Assembly: GCA_963755125.1 (NCBI GenBank)
Contig: CAVWIP010000010.1
Location: 32,001 to 96,000, forward strand
Origin: an uncultured delta proteobacterium
Lineage (GTDB): Bacteria; Myxococcota_A; Polyangia; Fen-1088
Length of the DNA stretch: 64,000 bases
Direction: 5' to 3'
In this document: positions 20,993 to 35,451 of the stretch, piece after piece
How positions within the stretch are numbered: position 1 is the stretch's first letter
Layout: each line of letters begins with the position of its first letter
The notes under the pieces: generated by a model
Databases searched by the model: none
Told to the model about the DNA's origin: nothing
Seen by the model: the letters and a program-made list of their open reading frames with translations, nothing else
Made by a program: the position numbers and the translations under genes

Positions 20993-22183
20993 ATGCCCAC
21001 CGTCGTAGTGAATGCACGCGGCCGCGCACGCATCGTTGCAGGACATCCCTGGGTCTTTCGCCAGGACGTACTGTCCGGACCGCCGACCGACGCACGCACC
21101 GGCGGACCAGCCTTGGTGGCTGTGCTCGACGAACGAAACCGGCCGCTGGCCAGCGCGACCTGGGCCACCCTGCCCCCGGTTGCCCTGCGCATCCTGCAGC
21201 GACGGAACGACAGCACGCCCCTGCCCGATCTGATGTCTCTGGTGGCCGAGCGCCTGAAGGCCGCGCTCGCCTGGCGCGAGCGGCTCGCGCTCGATCGCGA
21301 TGCCTGGCGCGTGGTTCACGGTGAAGCCGACGGTCTGCCCGGTCTCTTCGTCGACCGCTATGCCGATGCGGCGGTCATGCAGACAACCTCGGTGGCCATG
21401 GATGCGGCCCGGCCCGCACTGGCCGACTTGCTGCGGAAGTTGCTCGACGTCCGCGTGGTGGTGGTGCGCGACGATGGATCGGCCCGCGACTTCGAAGGCC
21501 TGCCGCGCGTGCGCGAAATCGCCGCCGGCCAAGGCGCGACCGAGGTGGTCTACCGGCTGGGCGAGAACCGTTTGCAGGCCGACCTGCTCGCCGACAGCAA
21601 GACCGGCGGCTTTCTCGATCAGGCAGACAACCACGCCGTGGTAGCCGCGCTGGCGCCAGTCGGGGCTCGCTGCCTGGACGCCTTCACCTATCACGGCGGC
21701 TTCGCCCTGGCTTTGGCGCGACGGAAGGGCTCGGTGCTGGCCAGCGACGAGGATGCGCAGGCCGTGGCGCGCGCCCAGGCCAATGCGGCCCGCAATCATC
21801 TGACGAATCTGGAGGTGCGCCAAGCTGACGCCTTCGAGCTTCTGCGCACCCTGGAAGCGCACAAGCAACGCTTCGACGTGGTGGTGCTGGACCCACCTGC
21901 CCTGGCCAAGCGCCAGGCCGGCGATCATGCCGCGCTTCGCGCCTACCAGGAGATCGTCCTGCGCGGCCTGCGCTTGACCAAGCCGGGCGGTCTTACCGTG
22001 ACCTGCTCCTGCTCGGGCCGTGTGTCGCGCGCGCAGTTTGATGAGTTGGTGACGGCGGCCGCGGCCCAGAGCGGCCGGTCGGTACACATTCTTGAACGTC
22101 GCGGCGCCGGCCGCGATCATCCGGAGTTGGTCGGCGTCCCGGAGACCGGGCATCTCAAGTGTTGGATCCTTCGTGTGCTGTGA
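20993..22183 (+). CDS. RlmI-like class I SAM-dependent rRNA methyltransferase (PUA domain)
   Basis: GHPWVF, HGEADGLPGLFVDRY, KTGGFLDQ, LDPPALAK, TCSCS. Confidence 0.9.
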   Translation: MPTVVVNARGRARIVAGHPWVFRQDVLSGPPTDARTGGPALVAVLDERNRPLASATWATLPPVALRILQRRNDSTPLPDLMSLVAERLKAALAWRERLALDRDAWRVVHGEADGLPGLFVDRYADAAVMQTTSVAMDAARPALADLLRKLLDVRVVVVRDDGSARDFEGLPRVREIAAGQGATEVVYRLGENRLQADLLADSKTGGFLDQADNHAVVAALAPVGARCLDAFTYHGGFALALARRKGSVLASDEDAQAVARAQANAARNHLTNLEVRQADAFELLRTLEAHKQRFDVVVLDPPALAKRQAGDHAALRAYQEIVLRGLRLTKPGGLTVTCSCSGRVSRAQFDELVTAAAAQSGRSVHILERRGAGRDHPELVGVPETGHLKCWILRVL

Positions 22184-22195
22184 TAAGCACTTGTG

Positions 22196-22459
22196 ATGAG
22201 CTTCCTGACTGCGTTCGTGACCGTGTTGCTGGCCGAGCTGGGCGACAAGACCCAGCTTGCCACCCTGGCCCTGGCGGCTGGCGGCCATGCCCGCTGGCTG
22301 GTCTTCCTGGGCGCAGCTCTGGCGCTGATTGTCTCATCCGCCGTGGCCGTGCTGGTGGGCAGCGCTCTCGGACAAGTCGTGCCCGCCGTCTGGCTGCGCC
22401 GGGGTGCCGGGGTGCTGATGATTGGTCTCGGCCTCCTGTATGTCCTGCAGCCGGGCTAG
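22196..22459 (+). CDS. TMEM165/GDT1 (UPF0016) family single-domain cation transporter
   Basis: LAELGDKTQLAT motif, 3 transmembrane segments. Confidence 0.9.
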   Translation: MSFLTAFVTVLLAELGDKTQLATLALAAGGHARWLVFLGAALALIVSSAVAVLVGSALGQVVPAVWLRRGAGVLMIGLGLLYVLQPG

Positions 22460-22471
22460 AGCACCCATCTA

Positions 22472-25444
22472 CTAGAAAAACACGCGCACGCCCAGACGGC
22501 CCGAGATGGGGGCCTGGTAGGAAGTCGGCATAAGGAAGTTGGGGTTCTTGGTTGCGGGCACGAGGTTGCCGTTCGCGTCCGAGGTGATGAGACCCTTGAG
22601 GTCCGCCTTGTTGCCACCGGTGATCGGCGTGACAATGTCTGCGGTGTAGAGTTGATCCTGGGTCAACACCGTGCGCTGGTCGAAGAGGTTGAAGATGTCC
22701 AGAAAGGCCTCGACCCCCAGCTTGCCAGGCAGGCTGCGCCGATACCCGAGGTGCAAATCGAAGCGCGTGACGAAAGGCGTGCGGCCCATGGAACCACGCG
22801 GGAGGATGAAAGAGTCGTAGTCTTCGGGACTTTGGAAGCTGCCCAGGGCGCTGAGCGGCTGGCCCGAACGGCCCACGAAGCCCAGACCTGCGGTCAGGCT
22901 CGATCGGACAAATGGGTAGGTGTAGTACCCGTCGAGACGGATGAGGTGCGGGCGATCATTGGGTAGCGGCCCACTGCGGTTCACCATGATCCCAGGAACG
23001 TCGTATTGCGTGCTCAGGTTGGGATCACGCTGGTCATTGTCGGCGTCGTAGAGGCCCACGTAGTTGCCGTACAGGTGTGACAGAGTGTACGAGCCAGCAA
23101 AAAACCAGCGCTGCGCAAAGCGCTTGTTGGCCGTGAACTGCACGGCCTCATAGACCCGCTTGGCGCCTGCGGGATTGCCGAGCATGGTAGGTCCGTCATT
23201 GGGATTGGCCGGATCGTACATGTCCTCGATGGCGCGGCCGAGCCAGCGATAGATGAGCGTCGCCCCGGCCACCAGATCGCGCAGCACCTCGTACTGCCCG
23301 CCCACCACAACTTCGTCGTTGTAGCTGCCCTTGAGCCCTTTCTGAACAGTCAGCATGTCGCCGCTCAGGGCTTGCGCAGGCTGGGCATCCGCGAGCGAGG
23401 TAGTCGGACCCGTGCTCAGCAAACTGCCCTCGCCACCGAAGCCCCGATCGGTCAAGGTCATTGGGATGGATTCGTAATAGCGGCCATAGTGGGCAAAGAT
23501 CTTGGACCGGCCTTCCTTGCTGGGGTCGAAGATCACGCCCACCCGCGGCGCGATGTTGTACTTGAGGAAAAGGGCTTCGTTGTCCAAATAGTCCTGCAGA
23601 TACTGCGTCTCCCAGCGCACGCCGAGGTTGATGGTCAGATTGGAAAGCGGCGAGTAGCTCTCTTGCACAAACACGGCCGTGTTGTACTGCTTGGTCGTCG
23701 CCTGAATCACGTCCTGGTAGTACTCGGGCAACTGGCTCAGACTGACGTCGGAAAGGTGCACTCCCGGCGGCAGTCGAAACAGAGACAGGAGATAGGTGTT
23801 GTCGGGATACATCCAAACCGACGCACGCCCGCCGTCCGGCCCGGAATTCCAGACCGCATCCTGATATCGGACGAATTCGCCGTCGAAGCCGTACTTGATC
23901 TCGTGCAAACCGCCCGCGTGGAAGATGTTGGTGCTCTTGAACTGTCCGGCCAGGCGGTAGGCCTCGATAGAGCGCATGACGCCATAGCCACCCGACTGGT
24001 AGTTCTGCACTGGACAGCTCTGGAAACCGGTTGTGGCGTTGTCCACGCACTGGCCCGCGACATTGGGATTGAACTGCGCCAGCGAGGGTGAGTTGGCCCA
24101 GTTGATGTCACTGATCTGCTCCGCATCCTGGAAAGGCGAGCGGCGATCGTACTGTTCGATGTGCATGCCTAAGGTGGCATCCAGGCGCCAGCGCCGCTGG
24201 AAGAAGGCCGCGGTCCAGCGCGCGGTTATGTCATTGGTTCGCGTCTTCTCGTTGGACATGCCGGCCAAGTAGTCCATGTTGGCCCCGCGCATGTACTCCT
24301 GCTGCGAATAGATCCCGTACAGGCCCAGACTCAGCGTCTGCTCGGGCGTCGGTTTCCAGGTCAGCTTGCCGGCGTAGTGCTGGTTGGTGGTCTCGCCCGC
24401 ATAGCTGCGTTGATAGAGCGGGACGGTCATCGGGGTGCCGTCGGGATTGTTGGCCTGGGTCCCGTCAGGCTGACCCGTGGTCGGATCCACATGCTCGACG
24501 AACTTGTCCGCGTACTGGACCAGATGGGTGCGGATGATCTCGGGCGAGTAGCCCACCCAGATGAACAGCTTGTCCTTGATGATGGGCCCCCCCACCTCGG
24601 CGCCGATGTTGGTGGTGTAGTCGGGCTCGGTCACGCCGGTCAGCGAGGTGGAGCGACTGACGATGCGTTGCTGGCTGCCCGAAAGATCCCCTGGCGCCAC
24701 GAAGGAAAACGCGCTGCCGTGCCACTCGTTGGTGCCTGATTTGGTGGCCATGTTGACTGCGCCGCCCAGCGCGCGACCGTATTCGGCGTCGTAGCCCCCG
24801 CTGACCACCTCGACCTCTTCGAGGAATGGGACCAGCGGGTTGATTCCCAACGCCCCGTCTCTGAGCGCCGTAACGTTGAGCCCGTCAAGGTAATACACGT
24901 TTTCCAGGCCGGTTCCGCCCGACAGAGACAGCCCCACCGGGTCAGAATAGGCGCCGGGCGTCTTTTCCAGCAGGCCGCTCAGGCTCAGGCTGTTGGGCAC
25001 GTTCGCAGCGAACTCGGGGGTCAGCGTGGTGCCGACGCGCGTCGAGCCGACGTCGATGGCCGGCGCTCGCTGCGTGACCGCGATGGTCTGCACCGCCTCG
25101 GGCGCCGCCGGCAGGCGGGCGTTGACCCTCACGGTCTGGTCCATCAACACCTTGGCCGAGTGCTCGATGGCCACGGCCCCGCGGAAAAAACGAACCAGGT
25201 AGTCGCCAATGGCCAGACCGCGCAGCTCGTACTGTCCCTTGGCGTCGGTGAGGATCGCCTGATCGCCCTGCGGTCCCGAGGCCACGACGGTCACGCCATC
25301 GAGAGGCTGGTGCGTGTCCCGGTCAACCACGCGGCCGACGATCGCGCCGGTGGTGGGACTGGCCGTGGCCGAGATGGGAACCGCGAGCAGGACGAAGGCC
25401 GCAGCGGCTGCACATAGCCAAGCGTAATTTTTGTAAGCAATCAT
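22472..25444 (-). CDS. TonB-dependent receptor (Oar-like, N-terminal carboxypeptidase-regulatory-like domain)
   Basis: GAGG RBS, signal peptide, ENVYYLDG, GGYDAEYGRALGGAVNMATKSGTNEWHG, APRVG, FNLFD, C-terminal Phe. Confidence 0.92.
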   Translation of the reverse strand: MIAYKNYAWLCAAAAAFVLLAVPISATASPTTGAIVGRVVDRDTHQPLDGVTVVASGPQGDQAILTDAKGQYELRGLAIGDYLVRFFRGAVAIEHSAKVLMDQTVRVNARLPAAPEAVQTIAVTQRAPAIDVGSTRVGTTLTPEFAANVPNSLSLSGLLEKTPGAYSDPVGLSLSGGTGLENVYYLDGLNVTALRDGALGINPLVPFLEEVEVVSGGYDAEYGRALGGAVNMATKSGTNEWHGSAFSFVAPGDLSGSQQRIVSRSTSLTGVTEPDYTTNIGAEVGGPIIKDKLFIWVGYSPEIIRTHLVQYADKFVEHVDPTTGQPDGTQANNPDGTPMTVPLYQRSYAGETTNQHYAGKLTWKPTPEQTLSLGLYGIYSQQEYMRGANMDYLAGMSNEKTRTNDITARWTAAFFQRRWRLDATLGMHIEQYDRRSPFQDAEQISDINWANSPSLAQFNPNVAGQCVDNATTGFQSCPVQNYQSGGYGVMRSIEAYRLAGQFKSTNIFHAGGLHEIKYGFDGEFVRYQDAVWNSGPDGGRASVWMYPDNTYLLSLFRLPPGVHLSDVSLSQLPEYYQDVIQATTKQYNTAVFVQESYSPLSNLTINLGVRWETQYLQDYLDNEALFLKYNIAPRVGVIFDPSKEGRSKIFAHYGRYYESIPMTLTDRGFGGEGSLLSTGPTTSLADAQPAQALSGDMLTVQKGLKGSYNDEVVVGGQYEVLRDLVAGATLIYRWLGRAIEDMYDPANPNDGPTMLGNPAGAKRVYEAVQFTANKRFAQRWFFAGSYTLSHLYGNYVGLYDADNDQRDPNLSTQYDVPGIMVNRSGPLPNDRPHLIRLDGYYTYPFVRSSLTAGLGFVGRSGQPLSALGSFQSPEDYDSFILPRGSMGRTPFVTRFDLHLGYRRSLPGKLGVEAFLDIFNLFDQRTVLTQDQLYTADIVTPITGGNKADLKGLITSDANGNLVPATKNPNFLMPTSYQAPISGRLGVRVFF

Positions 25445-25611
25445 GCTGCTTCCTCAGTCGGGGAAATGCCTCACTGGGCGAGGGAAACTTCGGCAGAACT
25501 GGATCAATTCCTAAACCCCATTGGAGCCCGAGCGTCCAGGGCCGCCGCCGTGCCACGATGCCAACCGTCTCGGACCACAGGTGAACGATCCGATGAGGTA
25601 GACTGCGTCCG

Positions 25612-26706
25612 ATGTCTCGGACGCTCCTTTCAGCGCTGAATGTCCGCCGCCTCCGCGCCCGACACGAGGCGCCGCTGAAGCGCGCCGCGTGCATGTTCCT
25701 GCACCGGTTCGGCGCGCTCAAGCCGGTTTCCTTCGTGCAGTGGCTGGCCACCAACCGGTGCAACTTCCGCTGCTGCTTCTGCGAAGCCTCGGCCGGCGAT
25801 GCCCTGGCCGACGAACTTTCCACCGACGAAGCCGAGGCGCTGATCGACGAACTTGCGGCGATGGGCGCCCGCCTGCTGATTTCCGGGGGCGAGCCTCTGA
25901 TGCGCGAGGATCTGCCGCGGTTGCTCAGGTATGCGCGCAAGCGGCGAGTGTCACTTGGCCTGGTGTCCAACGGGTACCTGGTTCCCTCGATGTGGTCCGA
26001 TGTGCGGGACATTCCTTGGTTTCTCTTCTTCACCAGCCTCGACGGGACGCGCGCGTACCACGACCAGAAGAGGGCGCCCGGCTCTTTCGACCGGGTCATC
26101 AAATCGCTGGAACTGTTTGCCGGACGGGAGGTGCCCCTGCGCATCGTCAACACTGTCGTTCACCGCGAAAACCTCGCGCTGCTGCCCGCCCTGCACACAG
26201 CGGTTCGTGCGTCGCGCGCCACGCGCTGGCACTTGACCCCGGCGGCGCCCCTGGGAAGAAACGCGGCCGGCGGATTCGGTCTCGACGCCTGCGGTCTGGA
26301 TGAACTCGGCGGATTCCTGCGCGCCGCCGCCACGACCGACGGGCTGCGGGTGGTTTTGGGGGAGTCCCACGGGTATCTTGGCCCGCTGCTGGGAGTCGAA
26401 GGTGGCAAGCCCTTTTTCTGCGGCGCGGGCCTCACCCGCTGCTCGATCCTGGCGGACGGGACGGTCCTTGGCTGCCAGCAGGTATACGACCGGCGACTGG
26501 CCGAGGGCAACGTCAGGGAGCAGCCGCTCGGGGCGATCTGGCGACGCGGTTTCAAGAGGTTCCGTCCCCGCGCGCTTCCCTCCTCATGTGCCGGATGTCC
26601 GCAGGCGCACTGTTGCGCCGGGGGCTGCTGGGCAGAGATGGAACTGCGCAGCCGCTGCCTGAAAGCGACCCTCGACGATGCCTCACGCGCGCCAGGGGAA
26701 GGTTGA
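25612..26706 (+). CDS. Radical SAM/SPASM domain protein
   Basis: CNFRCCFC, SGGEPLMR, SLDG, SPASM cysteines CGAG..DGTVLGC..GNV..CAGC...CCAGGC. Confidence 0.92.
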   Translation: MSRTLLSALNVRRLRARHEAPLKRAACMFLHRFGALKPVSFVQWLATNRCNFRCCFCEASAGDALADELSTDEAEALIDELAAMGARLLISGGEPLMREDLPRLLRYARKRRVSLGLVSNGYLVPSMWSDVRDIPWFLFFTSLDGTRAYHDQKRAPGSFDRVIKSLELFAGREVPLRIVNTVVHRENLALLPALHTAVRASRATRWHLTPAAPLGRNAAGGFGLDACGLDELGGFLRAAATTDGLRVVLGESHGYLGPLLGVEGGKPFFCGAGLTRCSILADGTVLGCQQVYDRRLAEGNVREQPLGAIWRRGFKRFRPRALPSSCAGCPQAHCCAGGCWAEMELRSRCLKATLDDASRAPGEG

Positions 26707-27683
26707 TGTCCCGTCTGTTGTTCGAGCCGGCCGCCGGTCCCCTGCTGACTCTCGCCGGACTGGCCAAGCGTCTCGTCCTTCTCGGCAGGACGAGACGGCT
26801 GCTCATGGCTCGCATCGTCGCCCCGGATGCCGACGCGCTCTACGCCGGGGAAGGTGAGAGCCTCGCCTGGCTCGCCCGGCTCCACGGCGCGCGCGTGGAG
26901 GACAGCCGACCGATACCCTGGACGCGATTGCGCCGCCTCGCCGATGAACGTGATGGCCTGTTCTACGTGGAGGTCAACCGCCTGCTGCGCCCATTCTTGC
27001 CCGCCGGGGGATTCTTCACCGTTCCCTGGATGCGTTTCACGGCGAAAATCAGTGCGGATGCCGGCCGGGGTGGAAAGAAACTGGTCGAGGCGACGTACGG
27101 GAGAAAGGTCCGGCAGCAGGGTTACACATCCCGCCTGGTCACGGGGCTACAGGCCGCGGAAGACTTCCATCGCGACTTCTACCTACCTTACGTCCTCTGG
27201 CGATTCGGCCGCGACACCCACCCGCGCAGTCGATGGGAAATACGCGCGGCCGTTCGCAACGGTTTCGTCCTGCAGATTCTCCAGGGCGAGATTCCGGTCG
27301 CCGCCGCCGCCTGCCGAGTCCGCCAGAGGTCGGTGACGCTTGTGGCCCTTGGTCTGCGCGGGGACTATGCCGACCTTCTCCACCGCGGAGCCCTGTCGGC
27401 GGTCTACTACGAACTTTTCCGCCGCGCGCGGGAAGACGGCCTCAGCCGGGTGGACCTTCTGCGCTCCCGGCCCCATGGCGAGGATGGCGTGTCCCTGCAC
27501 AAGCGGCGCTTCGGGGCGCTTCCGGAAAAGGATCCCTGGCCGCACGCCCTGCTGGCGATCTATCCCCCGGCCGGATCGAGACTTCCCCCTGCTGCGCGGG
27601 ATCTGCTGGTGGAGGATCCTCGCGGCGGCATGGTCAGGCTGGCCGACATCGCCGAAAGGGATCATGGGCCGCTCGCAAAGTGA
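26706..27683 (+). CDS. Hypothetical protein, probable GNAT/FemAB-like fold
   Basis: TGATG coupling to the rSAM gene; DFHRDFYLPYV..RFG, ALSAVYY, RVDLLRSRP..DGV..HKRRFG resemble the GNAT C-terminal pattern. Confidence 0.6.
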   Translation: MSRLLFEPAAGPLLTLAGLAKRLVLLGRTRRLLMARIVAPDADALYAGEGESLAWLARLHGARVEDSRPIPWTRLRRLADERDGLFYVEVNRLLRPFLPAGGFFTVPWMRFTAKISADAGRGGKKLVEATYGRKVRQQGYTSRLVTGLQAAEDFHRDFYLPYVLWRFGRDTHPRSRWEIRAAVRNGFVLQILQGEIPVAAAACRVRQRSVTLVALGLRGDYADLLHRGALSAVYYELFRRAREDGLSRVDLLRSRPHGEDGVSLHKRRFGALPEKDPWPHALLAIYPPAGSRLPPAARDLLVEDPRGGMVRLADIAERDHGPLAK

Positions 27684-28449
27684 ATACGCGCCCGGGTTGC
27701 TCGATCGCATCGAACGATCGCTGTGGCGCCGATACAACGACATGGTGGTGGACGACTTCGTCACCCGCCGCCTCGGTTCGCCCGCTGGAGCGGTATTGAA
27801 GACGGATCTCTTCGAGGAGGCCCTGGGAAACGACTCCGTGGAAAGGGCGATTCCCGCGGCCTTCGTGGGTATGGATCTCTCGCTCACCATCCTGGGGGCG
27901 GCCCGGCGCCGAAGCCACGATGCGCCCATGCTGCGGGCCGATGTCCGGCATCTACCCTTTGCCAACGCCACCCTGGGCGGCGCGATCTCGACCTCCACGC
28001 TGGACCACTTCCGTGACCCGGGGGATCTCGCCCGTTCCCTGCGTGAACTCGGACGTGTCCTGCGGCCAGGGGCAAGGTTGCTCCTGACCCTGGACAACCC
28101 CGTGAACCCGCTGCTCGCGTCGCGAAACGCCCTGCCCCACTCCTTCCGGCGGTTGGTGGGGCTGACCCCTTACTACGTGGGGTACACCTGCGGCCCGGCG
28201 CGTGTGGAACGGCTGCTCAGCGACGCCGGCTTCGAGGTGCGCGAAACTGCGGCCATCCTGCATTTCCCCCGCATCATGGCCGCACTGCTCGGTCCGGCGT
28301 TGAGGCTGGCAGGACTGGGTCGCATCGAGGGAAGAACTCTCGGCCTGCTTCAGCACGCCGAGTTCCTGCGACGCTGGCCCATTCGCTGGTTCACCGGGCA
28401 CTATGTCGCAGTCGTGGCGGTGAGAAACTCCGACCTTCGGATAGGATAG
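27664..28449 (+). CDS. Class I SAM-dependent methyltransferase
   Basis: GMDLS, ADVRHLPF, STLDHF, RVLRPGARLLLT; overlaps the upstream gene. Confidence 0.85.
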   Translation: MGRSQSEYAPGLLDRIERSLWRRYNDMVVDDFVTRRLGSPAGAVLKTDLFEEALGNDSVERAIPAAFVGMDLSLTILGAARRRSHDAPMLRADVRHLPFANATLGGAISTSTLDHFRDPGDLARSLRELGRVLRPGARLLLTLDNPVNPLLASRNALPHSFRRLVGLTPYYVGYTCGPARVERLLSDAGFEVRETAAILHFPRIMAALLGPALRLAGLGRIEGRTLGLLQHAEFLRRWPIRWFTGHYVAVVAVRNSDLRIG

Positions 28450-28526
28450 CGATGTCTTCCATGAAACAGTACCTGGCAACACTTCAGGTTAGCGCCCAGG
28501 GCATGACCGAAAAGGAGAACCCATCC

Positions 28527-29048
28527 ATGCGAATCAAATTTGCCATCCCATTCGTGGCGATTGCCCCGGTACTGCTGTCAGTCGCCTTTCCCCGAACCAG
28601 TGCCGCGCAGGTGAACCTTCAAGTCCAGATCGGCGCACCGACAATCCGGTTCGAAACCGCACCCGCTCTCGTCGAAGTCAGCCCCGGCATCCAGGTCGTA
28701 CCGGAATACGACCAGGAGGTCTTCTTCGTGGACGGCTGGTACTGGCACCGCGCGGGCCGCACGTGGTACCGCACGCGAGACCACCGGGGCGGCTGGGTCG
28801 TGGCCCACGGGCGAGAAGTCCCGCGAGGTTTGCTGCGCATTCCCCCCGGCAGGTATCGGCACTATCACGCCGAGGGTCCGCGCATGAACGAACCGCGGCG
28901 GGAGATGCGAGGGCACCGTGGCGAGGCCCAGTTCCAGCGGCGAGAACACGCGGAACACAACGACCGCGGCCGTTTCGACCGCCACGGCGACCACCAAGAT
29001 CGCAGGGAGCACAGGGAACACGGCGAATCGCACCACGGGCACCGCTAG
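28527..29048 (+). CDS. Secreted protein with Trp/Tyr-rich domain and His/Arg-rich tail
   Basis: AAGGAG RBS, signal peptide ending SAA-Q, VFFVDGWYW...WYR...GGW, IPPGRY, C-terminal HGDHQDRREHREHGESHHGHR. Confidence 0.8.
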   Translation: MRIKFAIPFVAIAPVLLSVAFPRTSAAQVNLQVQIGAPTIRFETAPALVEVSPGIQVVPEYDQEVFFVDGWYWHRAGRTWYRTRDHRGGWVVAHGREVPRGLLRIPPGRYRHYHAEGPRMNEPRREMRGHRGEAQFQRREHAEHNDRGRFDRHGDHQDRREHREHGESHHGHR

Positions 29049-29128
29049 GCCACTACCGCTGTGCCGCGCAAGCAAGTGCTCACGACAGCAGGAACCTTCT
29101 CAGGCGCGCCTGCGCGCAAGTCGCCTGG

Positions 29129-30604
29129 CTACAGCAACACCGTCTCGCCCATGAGCGCGCGGTCGACGCCGCGGGCGGCTTGCCGGCCTTCCATGATGGC
29201 CCACACCACCAGGGACTGGCCGCGTACCATGTCGCCGGCGGCGAATACGCCGGGGAGGCTGGTCTGCTGGTATTCGTCGACCGCCACGTTGCCGCGGCCG
29301 TCGATGTCCACGCCCAGTTCGGTCAGCATGCCCTCGCGCTCGGGACCGACAAATCCCATGGCCAGCAGAACCAGATCGGCGGGGAGCGTGCGAACCGTGC
29401 CCGGGAACTCCTCAATCTTGGGCGGCCGTCGTTCGGGCTGGGGCACGAAACGAATGTCGGCGATCTCGATGCCTTGCACCTGACCTTCGCCCAGCAGGCG
29501 CCTGGTCTGCACGGAAAACAAACGCGGGTCCGCGCCGAACCGCGCCGCTGCCTCTTCCTGTCCGTAGTCGACGCGATAGATCTTGGGCCACAGCGGCCAT
29601 GGGTTGTCCATGGCACGCTGGTCCGGCGGCCGAGCCAGGATCTCCAGTTGCGTGACGCTCTTGCAGCCCTGACGAAGCGCTGTGCCCACGCAGTCATTGC
29701 CAGTGTCGCCGCCGCCGATCACAACGACGTGCTTGTCGCGCGCGTGGATTGGGCTAGCGCTGCCGCTATCGAGCAAGGCGCGGGTGTTGGCGACAAGGTA
29801 CTCCATGGCGAAGTGGACGCCGCGCAGATTGCGCCCTTCCACTGGCAAATCGCGCGGCTTGGCGGCACCTCCGCAAATGACCAGAGCGTCGTGAGTCGCG
29901 CGCAATTCGGACACTGGCATGGTCTTGCCCACCTCCACGCCTGTCCGGAAGCGCACGCCAGCCTCCTCCATCAGCTTGATCCGCCGATCGACCAAGCTCT
30001 TGTCCAGCTTCATGGCGGGAATGCCGTACATGAGCAGACCGCCCACCCGGTCAGCGCGCTCGTACACTGTGACCAGGTGCCCGGCGCGGTTCAGCTCCTC
30101 GGCGCAGGCCAGGCCCGCCGGGCCCGAGCCCACCACGCCCACCGTCTTGCCCGTTCGCTGCGACGGCGGCTGTGCCTTGACCCAGCCCTCGTCGAAACCG
30201 CGGTCGATGATGGCGCACTCGTTGACCTTGATGGTCACCGGCGGGGCACTGATGCCGAGCACGCAGGATCCCTCGCACGGGGCCGGGCACACCCGGCCAG
30301 TGAACTCGGGAAAGTTGTTGGTCCGGTGTAGCCGGTCCAGGGCTTCCCGCCAGCGCCCCTTGTAGATGAGGTCGTTCCACTCCGGGATCAGGTTGTGGGT
30401 TGGGCACCCGATGGCCAGCCCGTCCACCAGCTTGCCGGTATGGCAGAAGGGCACGCCGCAATCCATGCAGCGCGCGCCCTGCTCGCGCATGCTCGCCTCG
30501 GGCAAATGGCCCTTGAACTCGCGCCAGTCGGACAGCCGCTCGCGGGGTGCGCGGGTCAGCGGTGTAGTGCGGGGATATTCGAGAAATCCGGTGGGCTGTC
30601 CCAT
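29129..30604 (-). CDS. gltD: Glutamate synthase small subunit
   Basis: MGQPTGFLEY, RCMDCGVPFC, NNFPEFTGRVCPAPCE, GSGPAG, GGGDTGNDC, AGDMVRGQSLVVWAI. Confidence 0.97.
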   Translation of the reverse strand: MGQPTGFLEYPRTTPLTRAPRERLSDWREFKGHLPEASMREQGARCMDCGVPFCHTGKLVDGLAIGCPTHNLIPEWNDLIYKGRWREALDRLHRTNNFPEFTGRVCPAPCEGSCVLGISAPPVTIKVNECAIIDRGFDEGWVKAQPPSQRTGKTVGVVGSGPAGLACAEELNRAGHLVTVYERADRVGGLLMYGIPAMKLDKSLVDRRIKLMEEAGVRFRTGVEVGKTMPVSELRATHDALVICGGAAKPRDLPVEGRNLRGVHFAMEYLVANTRALLDSGSASPIHARDKHVVVIGGGDTGNDCVGTALRQGCKSVTQLEILARPPDQRAMDNPWPLWPKIYRVDYGQEEAAARFGADPRLFSVQTRRLLGEGQVQGIEIADIRFVPQPERRPPKIEEFPGTVRTLPADLVLLAMGFVGPEREGMLTELGVDIDGRGNVAVDEYQQTSLPGVFAAGDMVRGQSLVVWAIMEGRQAARGVDRALMGETVLL

Positions 30605-30605
30605 G

Positions 30606-35246
<4,641 letters not shown>

Positions 35247-35329
35247 CCGTCTTCTTTAGATGAAGCCTAGCGCCCAGGCGATTGCTGTGAAACCGCTCCG
35301 TCCGATGACGCGGTGGATTTTTCTCATCC

Positions 35330-35391
35330 GCAACACATTGGAAACATATCGGGAACAATGCCAATGCGCGTGCCCGACGTCGAAACAATGC
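35330..35391 (+). promoter_or_regulatory. Putative GlnR-box-like direct-repeat operator between gltB and the regulator
   Basis: GCAAC-n6-GAAAC-n6-GGAAC (35330/35341/35352), plus G(G/A)AACAATGC repeated at 35352 and 35382. Confidence 0.5.
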
Positions 35392-35451
35392 GGGAATACT
35401 TCTACCCGTAGTGACTATTGTTTTCGTCCCTGCTACCCTGTGTTTCCAAAG

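Noticed and set aside
25445..25611. Precursor peptide or sigma54 promoter between the TonB receptor and the rSAM gene
   Set aside because: Short ORFs have no RBS or RiPP-like features; TGGCACG-GCGG-CGGC lacks the TT before GC and is likely by chance at this GC content.
35360..35375. sigma54 promoter for gltB (GGGCACG-CGCA-TTGG on the minus strand)
   Set aside because: The -12 element reads GG rather than GC, so it is too weak to call.
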